A DNA stretch of 64,000 nt, from positions 1-64,000 of the forward strand of contig NMRA01000813.1 in the NCBI GenBank assembly GCA_002633005.1. The letters run 5' to 3'. A program made the position numbers and the translations under genes. This DNA is from Phoronis australis. Lineage: Eukaryota > Animalia > Phoronida. How positions within the stretch are numbered: the first letter of the stretch is position 1; every line of letters begins with the position of its first letter. Below the pieces are notes generated by a model. That model worked only from the letters and a program-made list of their open reading frames with translations, ran no database searches and was not told the origin of the DNA. Positions 1-12,167 of this stretch are shown here, in pieces.

Positions 1-462
1 ACGTGGGAAAGGCACTATTGTCTCTAATTTTATGCAATTAAGGGCTGAATGGAGTTCACTGATTGCTCAAATTGAGCTTTATTAAACAATCCTCAAACTT
101 CACTTTATTACATTTTGAAATTGGCGCATTTGATGTGACATTATTAGCGCTGTTTAGCACTTAAAAGTATAATATTTGTGTTATTTACTCATGTTGAAAA
201 TTTTGGAGACTAACATGTGGGCCTTCATATGTGTCATAGTCACTGTGACACTGTTGATTCTAACAGCTATTAATGTCAATTTAAGAAACATTTTTTTCTC
301 TAGTGTATTCTGCATAAGGCACCGGTCACGGCGTCATTACCTAGCAATAATGAACTGGACTGTGACATATTAAGTTATGCAGCGGATAAAGTTAAACAAA
401 ATCCAAAATTCTTCAGCTTTTGTCCTGTTGTACACTATAGTAGATGATATCCAGTTAAACAT

Positions 463-1797
463 TACGGTAAAGTCGCGCGATTTTCGGAGGGCCCGCCGCT
501 TTGGGAATTTCCAAAATGAGTTTTTCGGCATAGTCCACTAAATTCGTACAACGTCCAAAAACTGTTTTTCAATGATCCTCGAATCTGGGCAATGTCATAA
601 ACATCTGTGCCGTGACTTTCGGACAAGGAAAATTTTAGAAACGCTAATTTCGGATTGACGCAACTGTCATGTCACTAAAGCGTTTAATATGATTACTGCT
701 CTATAAGACTTGAATCCGAGAATCGGTATAACGGGCTCTGTAATTTTTACCTAGTCTTGACGATGTCACAACCGTTACTCGATTGTCTTGCGTTTAGCTT
801 GTGTTTGACACTTTATCCTGTGAAAAGAATCACTTAATTTTGCCGGACAGTGTTCTTAGAGAGATGACGACTTCTTGTTTTGGAAAGGTTCAATGCATTC
901 TGTGCCGTTTAATGGCCATTTTTACGATATTAAAACCACTACTGGAATTGCGTTGCAGTCGTGGGTGCTTTTCAACGCTCCATGTAGCTCTTGTTTACGA
1001 GCAGCCGTTCAATTGAATCCTGGTTTAAAGTATCCAAGGCACCCCACTGTGTTGAGGTGGGTTAACCTAACAAAGAAACTATTGAAGTGCTTCAATGGTA
1101 CTATGATCACGTGGGTTTAAAATTGAGAAAGCGCATGTTCTGATGGTCAGAAACCTCTTCGTGCGTCGAATACGCAAGTCCAGCTTTTTATTGGGAAAAA
1201 GCGCTTATCGTTGCGCTCTTTGTGCGTCGACAACGCAAAAACGACATTTTTTATTGAGAAAACGAATTTTTACAAAAGAGATTCAGTTGTCTGGAACGTT
1301 TCATGTGCGTCAACAACGCAAACCAAACCAACTCATTGGAAAGCCCATATTTGTCACCAGGAACACTCTTTTTTTCACAACGCAGCCCGATATTTCAAGT
1401 GAGATAGCGCGTTTTTGGAAAAAAAATCCGTCACTTGCCGAGAAAGGTTTTTGAGCATCGACAATGCAAGCCGAATATTTCATATTGAGAAAGCGCATTT
1501 TTGAAAAGAAGAACCAACACGTGTCGGGAACGTTCTTTGTGCGTCGACAACGCACATTTCTTATTGGGAAAGCCAGTTTTTAAAAGGTTAATCGCGCAGA
1601 CCGTTTGAGTCTCGTTTACCACCAATTATATTGCTATCAAGTGACCGAGTTGTACACCCACGAAATTCGGACACGAGCGGAAACCCAAATTTGGAGGTCC
1701 GCCAAATTCGGACACCACAAAAATGATGTTTCGCGAGATTCGTCCAAGAATGAATTTTTTCTATTTGAGTGACCGAAAATCGTGCGATTTTACCGTA
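463..1797. mobile_element. Non-autonomous TIR DNA transposon, Tc1/mariner(pogo)-like, with TA at both ends
   Basis: TACGGTAAAGTCGCGCGATTTTCGG (463) versus CCGAAAATCGTGCGATTTTACCGTA (ends 1797), 23/25 inverted match including TA; CpG-rich interior; no transposase ORF. Confidence 0.8.
1121..1575 (+). repeat. Degenerate internal array: TGCGTCGACAACGCA alternating with ATTGRGAAAGC
   Basis: Core copies at 1162, 1223, 1306, ~1370 (degenerate), 1454 and 1540. Confidence 0.8.
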
Positions 1798-2616
1798 AGT
1801 GTGCTCAACAAAAAACCGGTTTAGTAGTTCCTAAAAAGGATATTGTTTGCCAGCTATGTTAGTGCTCTCATTGCACTCACTTAGTCTGTCACTGTCATGT
1901 CTCAATTTTTTTTCGAAACCTGAACTTTCGTTTGTTTCTTTTCTGTTTTTAAAGAATCTAATTTATGCAGTTAGACTTTACACTGGGGCATATTGATGAC
2001 GCATATTTTTTTATTTCATTATCCTTTGTATTGTCTAGTTTTCTAGCCAACATTTTAGCATTCACAGTATTTTGGGCTTTTGTACAAGCTGCTCCAAAGC
2101 CTTCTGTTAGTCTCCTAGTTTTTATTGTGTGACAGAACTTGTAATATTGTATTTCCTGTAGAATGGCTCAATGAACTACCTATAGATGGCAGTACCTGTC
2201 ATCTCAATTAGATTTACAGAGTTACAAGTTTTCCACTTTTAACAATTCACATCTGTCTGTCATTCAAGCCTAATATAAACCCTAGATTTTTCAAACATAC
2301 ATGTATCCATACGTGTAATCATTGCTTTCTGCATTCACTAACTTGCCACACCGGAGACGGCTACAGTGGTCTTTACAAGTACGTTTTAATGTGTTGTGAA
2401 TGCTCAAGTCAAATACAATTTCATATTGCATATGCATACTGTTGAAATATTTTTGAGTATACTAACTTGTGTACTGTGAATTTTTAATTGTTTTTCATTT
2501 TTGTGCAACACAGAAATACTATGTGACACGATTTAAGTTTTGTTGGAGTTCATGGTTGAATTTATGTATTTACTTTGTGTAACTGGCTAAAAACAAAAAT
2601 TGAATTGAGCATTCCT

Positions 2617-2622
2617 AATAAA
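2617..2622 (+). promoter_or_regulatory. Possible poly(A) signal of a convergent plus-strand neighbour whose 3' UTR occupies ~1-2640
   Basis: AATAAA at the end of a long T/TG-rich plus-strand tract; no coding exon of the neighbour is visible. Confidence 0.3.
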
Positions 2623-3111
2623 ATCGGTCTCAAGTTTGCTTATCATGACAAATCCTCAGCATATCAAAACATGTTTTGGAAAATCAATTTTATTTGTGTT
2701 AGCTAACCTTGAAATTCGAAAATGATATACAAGAATTCTATTCAAACAACAATGTCTATTTGATAAGTGCACCGCAGATTCAGAGTTACTACTTTTTTCA
2801 TAGGCACATTTGGTCATTGAAAGCAATTGCACTGTGTTTTAACTGCTCATTTAAAGGTTGCTAATAACCCACCCTCTGACAAAAAGTAACTATGATTTGA
2901 ACCACTGACCATGCTTAAATTTTTTTGTTCAACTGGTTCCTTAACCAATTACGAGAAATGATCTGTGGTCTTCAATGGATAGTTTTTGAGTGGTCGGCAC
3001 TTACCTGGATCCAGCTCGCTGTTAAAATAGCTAGTACGAGGCCGTGAAACATCCCCGTGTCTGTGACCGGCATTTCGTCGACAGCGATTTCTCTGACGTA
3101 TGCCGGCTTAC

Positions 3112-3215
3112 CAAAAACTATCGACACGTTCCGTTGCCTGTGCATGTTCACGGCGCCTCTCTAGTATTTCTCGATCAGTGTATTCCGGTTCGAACTGTTA
3201 GCCTGTGAAACCTAA
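3112..3215 (-). pseudogene. KolX-like (P2X7 C-terminal-like) accessory gene fragment
   Basis: LGFTG*QFEPEYTDREILERRREHAQATERVDSF(W)|gtaag resembles the Y-x-FEP...R-x-x-x-WC-x-C start of KolX; a stop codon replaces the Tyr. Confidence 0.6.
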
Positions 3216-3736
3216 CGATCCAGCTGTGAAAAAGTTTCGTCGGATAAGCTCTTGGGATTGCGAGTTGCCGTTTATTTTTGTGCGTTCTTTTTCAAAATGA
3301 ATTATTCTCACCCTAACCAATGCTTATATAAAACTGAAACAAAGTCTGTCTCATTAGATACATTTGTTACGGCCTTTGGAGTATTTGTGAGTGCGAAATA
3401 ATGTTTTGAGAAGCCAGCAGCTGCTTTAGAACGGTAATATTGACCGGGCACCGACTGAGGCCGTGTGAGCGCCTGCTAATTCAGTGTTTGCTGACAGATA
3501 GCTGTTGTGAAACAGTAACTCGATTGTGTATGCTATGTTCACATGTTAGGGAATCTTTATTTAGACATACAAATGCATTATTCAAGTCATTGTTACTGTG
3601 GTTTCGGCCCCGACGGTTCTGTGGAAGGGGAACCAGAGACTTCACGGCCCCCCGGACGAGTGGGTAGATTTGCAGTTTCGTGGCTAATTCACCAAAATAA
3701 TTACGTGCACATTATTTGTTTGGCACACTAGTATAG

Positions 3737-3879
3737 CATGGGTGGCGCACCATATACCGGGGCTGGGGAGGCTATAGCCCCACTTTTTTCAACGCTGGGC
3801 GGCCCAGTGGTCGGTGCACCACAGGGGGCGGGCTCTGGGGCTATAGCCCCCACTTTTTTTCAGAGCTGCGCCGCCCATG
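3737..3879. mobile_element. hAT-like MITE nested in the Kolobok remnant
   Basis: TIR CATGGGTGGCGCA / TGCGCCGCCCATG (12/13); two internal GGCTATAGCCCC-ACTTTTTT units; no clear TSD. Confidence 0.65.
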
Positions 3880-4889
3880 TATTGTCTTTTCGTGACTGGA
3901 GGTTTAGTTTCCAACTTAAATTGGTTTATATTGGTGATGCTCAGTCCCGGCGGCCGCGACCGGCCTGATCGGCGAGCCACTGGCTGGAATAACAAGCGTT
4001 TTGTGTGTTTAGACCTGAAAATCGCAAGTCTAAAAGTACAACACACGGCTATATTCCCCTGTCTGTATTTCACGGAAGAATGATTTGAATTTATAACCAA
4101 ACTCCCGCCATCGACCATGGCAAATTGGCCAACCGAAGTCCGAGTGTAGCCGGGCTAGGGTACGTTCAAATACCTATAAAACCGTAAAAGTGAAATAAAA
4201 CAACACGTTTGTTCAATAACTCGATGTATTTGTATGGTATTTACATCGCATTTTGACGATTTATTGCCGTAAAACGGTGAATTCAAGCGACAAGTTGACA
4301 CCAGTGAGCGTGTTGTGAACGGCTAACAGACTGCGTTCGAACCTATGACGTCATTGGTTAATTTCAACACCGTCTGCCGTTAAGATGTCAGGTAAAATTT
4401 GCTGTTATCGAGTGGAACTACTCGATCTAAATTGATACAAAATAGGTTGTTTTTGGGGTGGCATTTTCCTTTAAGACTTGTTCTTTAACAAGTTAGTTGT
4501 TTAAATTGAATGCAAGTCTTTCTGATTAAAAGTAGCGGTACCTATACAGCAGGTTTTAGTGTTACTTCAAAATGCAGTAGTTGTCCATTTATTTTGCACA
4601 AAAATAATTGCCAAGGTTGTCTTTTCCACATTTCAAGGGCTGGCTACTTTGCAACAAATAATGGAAACTAAACAAAATGTTATTTTAATATACCTACAAA
4701 ACTCAAACCAGGACTAAAATTTTATTTTTGTGAAGAAGTTTGACAAAATAAAATTTCATTTCTCTGCCATTCTGAGTGCAAAATAAGTAAAGGTATGGTG
4801 TACTATTTATTTTGTAAAATACATAATTAATTTGACCACGCATTGTCGGACCTGTACACTTGTGACAGCTGTTTGAAAAAATAAAAAGA

Positions 4890-6881
4890 ACACTTGAACT
4901 CTGTGTAAATGTTCATTTTACCAATTTTAAATACATTTTACATGCAGCAACAAACAAGATGACAACTGAACAATGTCTAAATTCAAGTCTGAACAAATAT
5001 AAAGCGTTTCACTAACATATGCAAATCAACACTGGCTGGTTCCAACACAATTACAGTCATGGAAATGCAAAACGTGAAAAGACTAGATCGTTTAATAATG
5101 GTTAAAACATTTTCTATTTCAAGACAATGCTGTTTTCAAGCACTGTACAGTAGTGGTACATGTATTCAACGGTAACTATAGATTCTTTAGTTGCCAGGTC
5201 TGTCCACCATCGTGCAGTCAAGAGCTATTGTGCAACTCTGCTGCATGTTCCTCAGACTCTTATGAATCAGCCAAATTCTTGTAAATACTACCCTTGAAAA
5301 AACATATTGTGCCCGCCCCAAATGAATACATCTTAGTCAAGTCACTGGATCGTTTCTCAACTTTGCCTATGTCCATGAGCTAAAATGTGTAACTCACCCA
5401 AATGTGAGAAAATGCTGGACCCAGTTACATCAATTTACATTGCCCTCAGGCCATCAACAAATGGCGTTAATTTGGTCGCCACACAAAAGAAAACTCCTTC
5501 AACAAAAAAGCAATTTTTTATGTTTTAGTGTTTCCCACAATTTAAACCGTCAGCATTGCACACACTGACCCACCGAGGAGAGTAAACATAAACTGAACAA
5601 TATATACATCCAGTGGTAACATCATCAAAGGTGTTCGAGACATCCCACATCCAATTTAGAGAAACAAGTTTGGCGTTTTCTTCAATATGCCACACCATCC
5701 CCCATGAGGATGTCATCCTAATGCAGGATTTTCCGGAACTGGCTGACTAAACTGAAGTGCGCCTTAATAATTTTTGGGTAAAAAGAGAGCCCAGTTAATT
5801 TTTGAACCCATACACATAGGGAATGGAAGTAGCTACTTGTTCACAGCCCAGAGCAACGATGGGATTTATGGAAAGAGCTTAAAAGACAAAACAACTGAAC
5901 ACTTTGAGGACGTTAAAACTGACTACACAAAATAACCTATTGTGTAGCGAAGCATTTGAGATTAAGATCTTTCAAGTTTCATTTTTTAAGTACTGTTGAA
6001 AAAGTTCACAGTAGGAAATGGTGCATTACTGACAATGACTTCTGCAAACATTAAACAACAAATATGAACATACTTTCTAAAAATACAATATTTAAGATAA
6101 CAAACGTAAAATAACGTTCAAAGCTGAAAGTTGCACAAATAAATAACATGAATAATATCTAAGGTTAAGGTGAGAACATCAGCGTATTACAAAATATATT
6201 ACACGGTAAACATATGCACTCACTGTACTGCCAATAAATGCATACAAATGTCAATTTGGCAATACACAAGTTTGTAAACATACAGCAACAAAGCACATGA
6301 CCAGGGGTCTGTTTCAAGTCAAGTGAACTAAGACATAAGTCAGAAATATGGTCTTACAAACCACTAATTCTAAAAAACAATTAAATCTCATATTAGCAAA
6401 AGTCTAAGAATATACCTATGGCTACTAGGTTCTGAACTATTAACAGAATTATTATTTCTGTTCGGTGACCTGTTAGTACTTACATGGCTCAACTTATTGT
6501 TAAGTGGAAGCGTAACACCAAATTTTTGACCAATGCCATGTTTTGTTTTCTGAAACAGATCCCACAACTAGGTCCATATTTACACAATTGTTTTAAACAA
6601 TTTACAAATGAAACATTCAACTAACGAGATTTCCGGTCTTAATGCATATTTCAAACAATGGCAAATTTGAAACTCCAAAGGCTCTAAATGTCATCTAGAA
6701 AATGTTGTAATACGATATCACATGACTAGAAAACACACCATTCATTTTTTCTGACATTTTCTAACAAAAATAGTGTGGGCATATCTAAATGCACACGACT
6801 TTGCAAAAATATAGTTCCCATTCACACATCTAGTAATCCCAACCTAGGTTTAGCTGTGAGTTGACATAATGCACAGTTCCT
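4890..6881 (-). other. Probable ROR 3' UTR (end uncertain)
   Basis: U/UG-rich on the minus strand after the stop. Candidate signals: ATTAAA (5096-5091), AATGAA (4917-4912) followed by a GU/U-rich tract, and AATAAA (4811-4806). Confidence 0.45.
6304..6563. mobile_element. MITE (PIF/Harbinger-like ends) in the ROR 3' UTR
   Basis: GGGGTCTGTTTCA / TGAAACAGATCCC inverted ends (12/13). Confidence 0.55.
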
Positions 6882-8260
6882 TCATGGTAAGCTGGGACGC
6901 GGCTGTTTTGTGGGATTGTTGAGCAGTTTGAAGTTCGCTCCTGACGAGCCTGAGGAACTATGGTGTGGACTAGGTGCCATCTGTCTGACGGAGCCAGGTG
7001 GGGGAGATTGCTGCCGACCGTAGGGCAGGCGGTTCTGTTGTTGTGGTACCTGCACCATCAGTGCTGGCGGACTGTACAGTTTGTGGACTGGTGTAGGGTT
7101 CGAGCTGTTGCTGCTGATCACTGTGGAGTTGGTCTGTGGTGTTAGCGGCCCCAGACCATTATTATGCTGCACGTGCTGCATGTTTTCAGACTGCCATTGC
7201 AGCAGTCGCCGGTGACAGTCTTTAAACGAGGGTCGCTCGCTGGGCAGCTCATTCCAGCAATCGACCATCAGCTGATACATCCTTTGTGGACAGTCTTTGG
7301 GGCAGGGAAGGATGTGCCGCATCCTAATCATTTCAATCACCTGCTGGTTGGTGTATCCATAGTATGGTTGTTGACCATAGCTGAAGACTTCCCACAATGT
7401 GACTCCATACGACCAGACGTCTGACTCAGAGCTGAACTTGCCATAGAGTATTGCCTCGGGTGGCATCCAACGCACAGGCAGCAGCGCCTTGCTTTGGGCG
7501 CGGTAGTAGTCGCACGAGTAGACGTCCCGTGTAACTCCCAAGTCAGAGATTTTAATGACAAGACCATCACCAACCAGGATATTTCTGGCGGCCAGGTCCT
7601 TGTGGACATACTGATGACTAGAAAGATACTCCATCCCGCTGGCAATCTGCATGGTCACATGCAGTATGTCTACATGAGTCAGCGGGCGACGCATGACGTC
7701 CTCGTCTGGGCTGATGTCAGCGTGTGGGGAATGTAAGACCAGGAACTCATGCAAGTCTCCGAGCGCCATGTATTCGAATAACATACACATGGGTTCATCC
7801 TTCATACTCACTCCGATCAGGTTGACAACATTGGGGTGTTTCAGATCACTCATCACGTCCACTTCCTGACGGAAATCGCTGACTGTTTTCGGCCCGGCAT
7901 TCTCTTTGAGCGTTTTAATGGCCACCGGTGTGACTGAGTCGAGAGAGTGCAGTCCGAGCAGTTCTCCTCTATACACCTTCCCAAACGTTCCCTCTCCCAG
8001 CTCTTGGTTTATGCGCACCGATGACATTGGGAACTCACGTGCCCTTATTGCACCCTTCTTGACAGCGTTCAACTCCACACGGTGTCCAGCACTCGCCCGG
8101 TTGGCGGCACTATAACCGCTTCTACGCCGACAAATGCATATGACTGCCAATAGTAGAGCTATGGCGAGTGGTACAGCAATGCTAGGCACCAGGATGAGTA
8201 TAAGTTCATTGCCACCTTCCTCCGACTTTCCTTTGTTGGTTTTAGACGTGGAACCAGATC
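6882..8260 (-). CDS. ROR: ROR last coding exon: TM, tyrosine kinase domain, Ser/Pro/Gln-rich tail
   Basis: gttattttag|GATCT...; TM LILILVPSIAVPLAIALLLAVICIC; GEGTFG, VAIK, HKDLAARN, DLG, YSCDYY, PVRWMPPE, SDVWSYGV; tail HHSSSGSS; TGA at 6884-6882. Confidence 0.97.
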
Positions 8261-8634
8261 CTAAAATAACGAAATGAAAGATGTGTACGTCAAAAGCACT
8301 GCTCAAAATAACGTTTGTTTCAACCACTCTTCCTTTATGGTGGGTCCTCATGACAAATAACGGAGCACCGGGGGCGTACTGAAATTGCCATTGACCCCAG
8401 GGGGTACTCCCACAGAAGAGGTTTACAAGATATGATATTCAGAAGAGTGACTTTTATGACTTTTTCTTCCATGAAAGAGTGCTTTTTCCCTAGAAAAGGA
8501 TCAAGTAAAGGAAATCAGCAATAATGCCCCAGGTTGGTGCTACACATTGCCCAATTACCGTGAAGCAGTTTTCCCATCCGTTACTCAAACTGCCATGAAG
8601 AAATATTGCATTTGATGATAAACTCCAGCCTTAC

Positions 8635-8742
8635 CACATCTCTCCACTTTGCACTCTTTCTTGACCATCGGGTCACTGACTGTGTAACACCAGGGGGCGC
8701 TGGCTTCACCACCAGGGTTGCGGCAGTAATTATGTCCGCCAG
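8635..8742 (-). CDS. ROR: ROR exon, kringle C-half
   Basis: gtttcag|GGHNYCRNPGGEASAPWCYTVSDPMVKKECKVERC|gtaagg; NYCRNP and PWCYT motifs; 108 nt. Confidence 0.96.
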
Positions 8743-8914
8743 CTGAAACAATAGAACACACAGTGAAACAGAGATTTCCTTTAAATTTCAAGAATTTTGT
8801 TACTTTGTCCATAAAATATACAAGTGATTTTTCAACTTCGCATTTAACGAATATCTGATGCCACAAAGAGCAGTTCCTATTGCACTGGTGAAAATTCTCC
8901 AGTTTGGGACAGTG

Positions 8915-10096
8915 AACAAGAGCAACTCGGAGCGGTGAAATGCACCCACGAAAGCACTGCAAACAGTGTGCGTCTAGGGTGTTTATTTGTATCATAAAAA
9001 TGGCCACTAGATAGTCCAAAATATTTCGAATCCATCAAAAAACTGGAAAATGTCACCGTTTTTTAACAGAAAGCTATATACCACATTTTATGAAATCCAT
9101 CAAGAAACTTTCGCAAAACGGAAAAAATGAACTTGCCACTAGGGGACAAAGGTTCATTGGATCCATCTGAAAGTTGTCGTCTTCCGTTGTCAATGTCACA
9201 TAAATACCCTTGTTTAAGTTAATAAACATTCTGAAGAGGGCTGAGGAGATACAGCTAAGGGCTAAAAAACTGCCACTAGGAGGCGCCACAGTAATTGAAG
9301 CCTGAGAATCATCGTCAACCGTCCTCTTAACACAAGCCAATTTATTTTCACACTCATCCTCAGAGTGGTTTGGTTGACAGAAGGCAGGGAGCAAAAACAG
9401 ACTAGAAAACAGTAAAAATGGCTACTAGATGGCGCAAAATATGTCGAATCCATCTGAAAACCGGAAAATGTCACCGCTTCCTTAAAAGAAAGCTATTTAA
9501 CAAATTTCATGAAAATTCGTCTGAAAGTCATGGTCTTCCGTAGTTAACTTCATATAAACACATTTGCTACATTTAATAAAGATACTGTAGAGCATTTAGG
9601 AAATACAGGCATGGGCGCAAAAACAAGTTTGCCACTACAAGGCACCACAGTAGTCGAAATCGTCGGAAAATCATCGTCAACCATCCTCTTCATAGTAAGA
9701 ATCATCCTTAGAGTGGTTCGGTTGATGGAGGAACGGACGCCAAAGACTCGAAAACAATAAAAATGGCCACTAGATGGCGCAAAATGCCTCGAATCCATCC
9801 GAAAATGGGAAGATAGCGTCACCTTATTAATAGATGTCTATGTGCTAAATTTCATGAAAATCAGTTGAGGGCCTTTGAAGATACAGAGACAAATGTAAAA
9901 TTGCCACTAGGGGGCACAGCGGTATTCAGGTAGCTCCGAAACTCGTCGCCCTTTGTCGCCAACCCCATAGGAACACACTTGCCAAATTTCAATAGGATCC
10001 TGCAAGGAGTTTAGGAGATACAGCCGCGGATGCCGGACACCCAGACAGAGATGACGGCAATATGCACCCACATATAAATATGTGGGCGCATAAAAA
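8915..10096 (+). mobile_element. Helentron-associated (HINE/DINE-1-like) non-autonomous element with tandem subrepeats
   Basis: Starts AACAAG; ATGCACCCAC at 8940 recurs in the terminal hairpin TATGCACCCACATAT-AA-ATATGTGGGCGCATA (10061-10092) followed by an A-run; AAATTTCA motifs; GACA tract; subrepeats begin near 8997, 9414 and 9760. Confidence 0.7.
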
Positions 10097-10549
10097 TTCA
10101 TTATTGTGCTCATGTTCGATAACATGCCCATCCCTATAGTCCATGTTTTTTGGTTCCTTAATGGCCCCATAATTGTGTAGATGGTCACTTCAGCCCCTCA
10201 ACCTCCACACTTTGCTTAACCTTAACTGACAAGAGCCAATTATCTACATCATTCAAACTGCAAGACTTGGATTGAATTCTTACATGTCAAGTGGCTTACG
10301 TAAACTCAACTTCTTGGTTGATAAACAAAAATTGTCAGTTCGCATAAACAGAATACTGACTTTTAAAAACACTTCGCTTTTAAACATTTTAAAAACCATT
10401 TCAAACATCTTTTAGTAGAACACAGCAATCTGATCAGCCATATAATGTTCCAAAGTTAGGCAAAGTTGTACATTGATCTATAAGTCTCGCATACAACCTT
10501 AAACTTCAATAAAACTTAGTGCATCCTCCTGGTACACAAGTTACCTTAC

Positions 10550-10675
10550 CTAACTCTGGATATTTTTCTGCTGAATAGGGCATCGTAGGTACCCACTTTC
10601 GGCACTTGGTCCCGGACTTGGTTCTGCTGACAGATCCTCTGTAGGCCTTCCCTTTATTTCTGTAGCACGTGTGAC
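10550..10675 (-). CDS. ROR: ROR exon, kringle N-half
   Basis: ctttag|HTCYRNKGKAYRGSVSRTKSGTKCRKWVPTMPYSAEKYPEL|gtaagg; CY-x-x-x-G-x-x-YRG kringle motif; 126 nt. Confidence 0.96.
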   Translation of the reverse strand, partial: VTRATEIKGRPTEDLSAEPSPGPSAESGYLRCPIQQKNIQS

Positions 10676-11494
10676 CTAAAGTGAGAGTGACTAAGTTTCA
10701 GTTTATGGCTGTTGTGTTAACAGGGACCAGAGTTCGATTTCTCGGGGTATTGGCCTTGGGTTTCACCAATAATAACAAAACTCGATCTCACAACAGTGTA
10801 TCCAACTAGTACGACATGGTCAAGTATCATTAAGCAGTCAATGATAAAAGATCAACTCCAACATATTGTCAAATAAAAAGCACTTTGCTTTAATTACACA
10901 TTTAGCCTACAGCCAAGAGAACACCATTACTGTTTGCACCTATTAAATGTCCTTTTGTGGCCTTTAATTCCCGCAGAGTACGGCCACAGGGACGGGTTAT
11001 AATTTTAGATGACGATGCCTCTGGGACATTCAATTTACATTGAACCCTACCCATCTGTAATCTATTATCCACCCTAACAATCACCATGAAATTGTGATAA
11101 GTTTAATCCTGTCGCAAAGTTGTCAGTCTAGATATACATTTTGGTGTATTTTCTGACTAACAGGTCCCCCACATTTGTTTGACAAAAGTTACATCTGTTT
11201 TGAGGCATATACCCAAAAACAGCCGGTGGAATGCTGCACACATATCCACATTTTGAATCGGTCATGAAAATTAGGATAAAAGTCATAGAACTTTTTCCAT
11301 GAAGCCTTTCTTTGTTTCGTGGTAAAGTTGGCTTGCCTGAGAGCTGAGCTCACAGCAAATCTAGTAATTCCGCCATAACTGGGTCACAAAGGGGTGGAGT
11401 TGGGCGTTTGGAGGGATATTGGCCACCTCAATTCCTTAGATGAGGTTTAATTATAACGATGACTATGCTACCTAAGTGGAGTGCGTTGTCTTAC

Positions 11495-11620
11495 TGGTAT
11501 TAAGTTGTATTTTAGAAGATGATGAGGCTGGCGTGGTTAGTATCGAGCCCAATATACTAGTACAATGTCCACCGTCAGCTCTGGGAAGGTCTTCACAGTT
11601 TGGCAAAGAGAGGGTGCTTC
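11495..11620 (-). CDS. ROR: ROR exon, CRD part 3 and linker
   Basis: ttcttacag|STLSLPNCEDLPRADGGHCTSILGSILTTPASSSSKIQLNT|gtaaga; LPNCEDLP is typical of ROR; 126 nt. Confidence 0.95.
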
Positions 11621-11954
11621 CTGTAAGAAACAAATCAACTAATCAGGAACTTCTTGAACATTATGGACAATTTTACACTTACAGTAACACCATTTTTGAA
11701 ACCATTAGTCCGAGACCACTTTTAAAGTAATCATAGCATCCACCTACGTTTAAATTATTTAAACTCTACAAAATGTAAGGTAAGAATTCTGCAACAAAAA
11801 TGCTACCTACACCCATCAAGAAAAATGAATGAATTGAGTATGTGGGGTTGCAACAGTTGCAGTTATGCTGATAATGCAGAAATCGCATGTGATTTGGAAT
11901 AGAATAGGTTTCAAGCTGAACGAAACAGCTCGAGTTCCATGTCATAAGACGTAC

Positions 11955-12167
11955 TGAGAACAGCATGAGTTCGTGCTAGTGCATACTCCCGCCTGCAGAT
12001 GTCAGTCTTGATGAGTTGACAGTCTTCGTAACATAACCTCTTGGGCAGCGCCAAACCACCTCGAGTCTCTTCGCACAGCGGAAAAGCGCTTATACACATG
12101 GAGGGTATAGCATACTCTTTGCACCGGTCTGACATATGTGATGAGGTAGCGATGACCGGGAAGGCAG
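11955..12167 (-). CDS. ROR: ROR exon, CRD part 2
   Basis: attctcag|AFPVIATSSHMSDRCKEYAIPSMCISAFPLCEETRGGLALPKRLCYEDCQLIKTDICRREYALARTHAVL|gtacgt; 213 nt. Confidence 0.96.

Larger units (their letters stand above)
2855..4470 (-). mobile_element. Kolobok-type DNA transposon remnant
   Basis: TTAA|AGG ... CCT|TTAA ends (TIR match beyond this is poor); CpG-rich; contains a KolX-like fragment at 3215-3112. Confidence 0.6.

Noticed and set aside
315-335. miR-124-like TAAGGCACCGGT
   Set aside because: It diverges after the seed and has no complementary hairpin arm.
1121-1575. CRISPR array
   Set aside because: Repeats are short and degenerate, spacing is irregular, spacers share motifs, there are no cas genes, and the array lies inside a eukaryotic TIR element.
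2999-3009. U1 snRNA 5' end ACTTACCTGG
   Set aside because: The rest of U1 is absent; it is the reverse complement of a splice donor.
8261-8351. N-terminal extension of the 489-aa ORF
   Set aside because: Intronic read-through upstream of the acceptor at 8261-8262.
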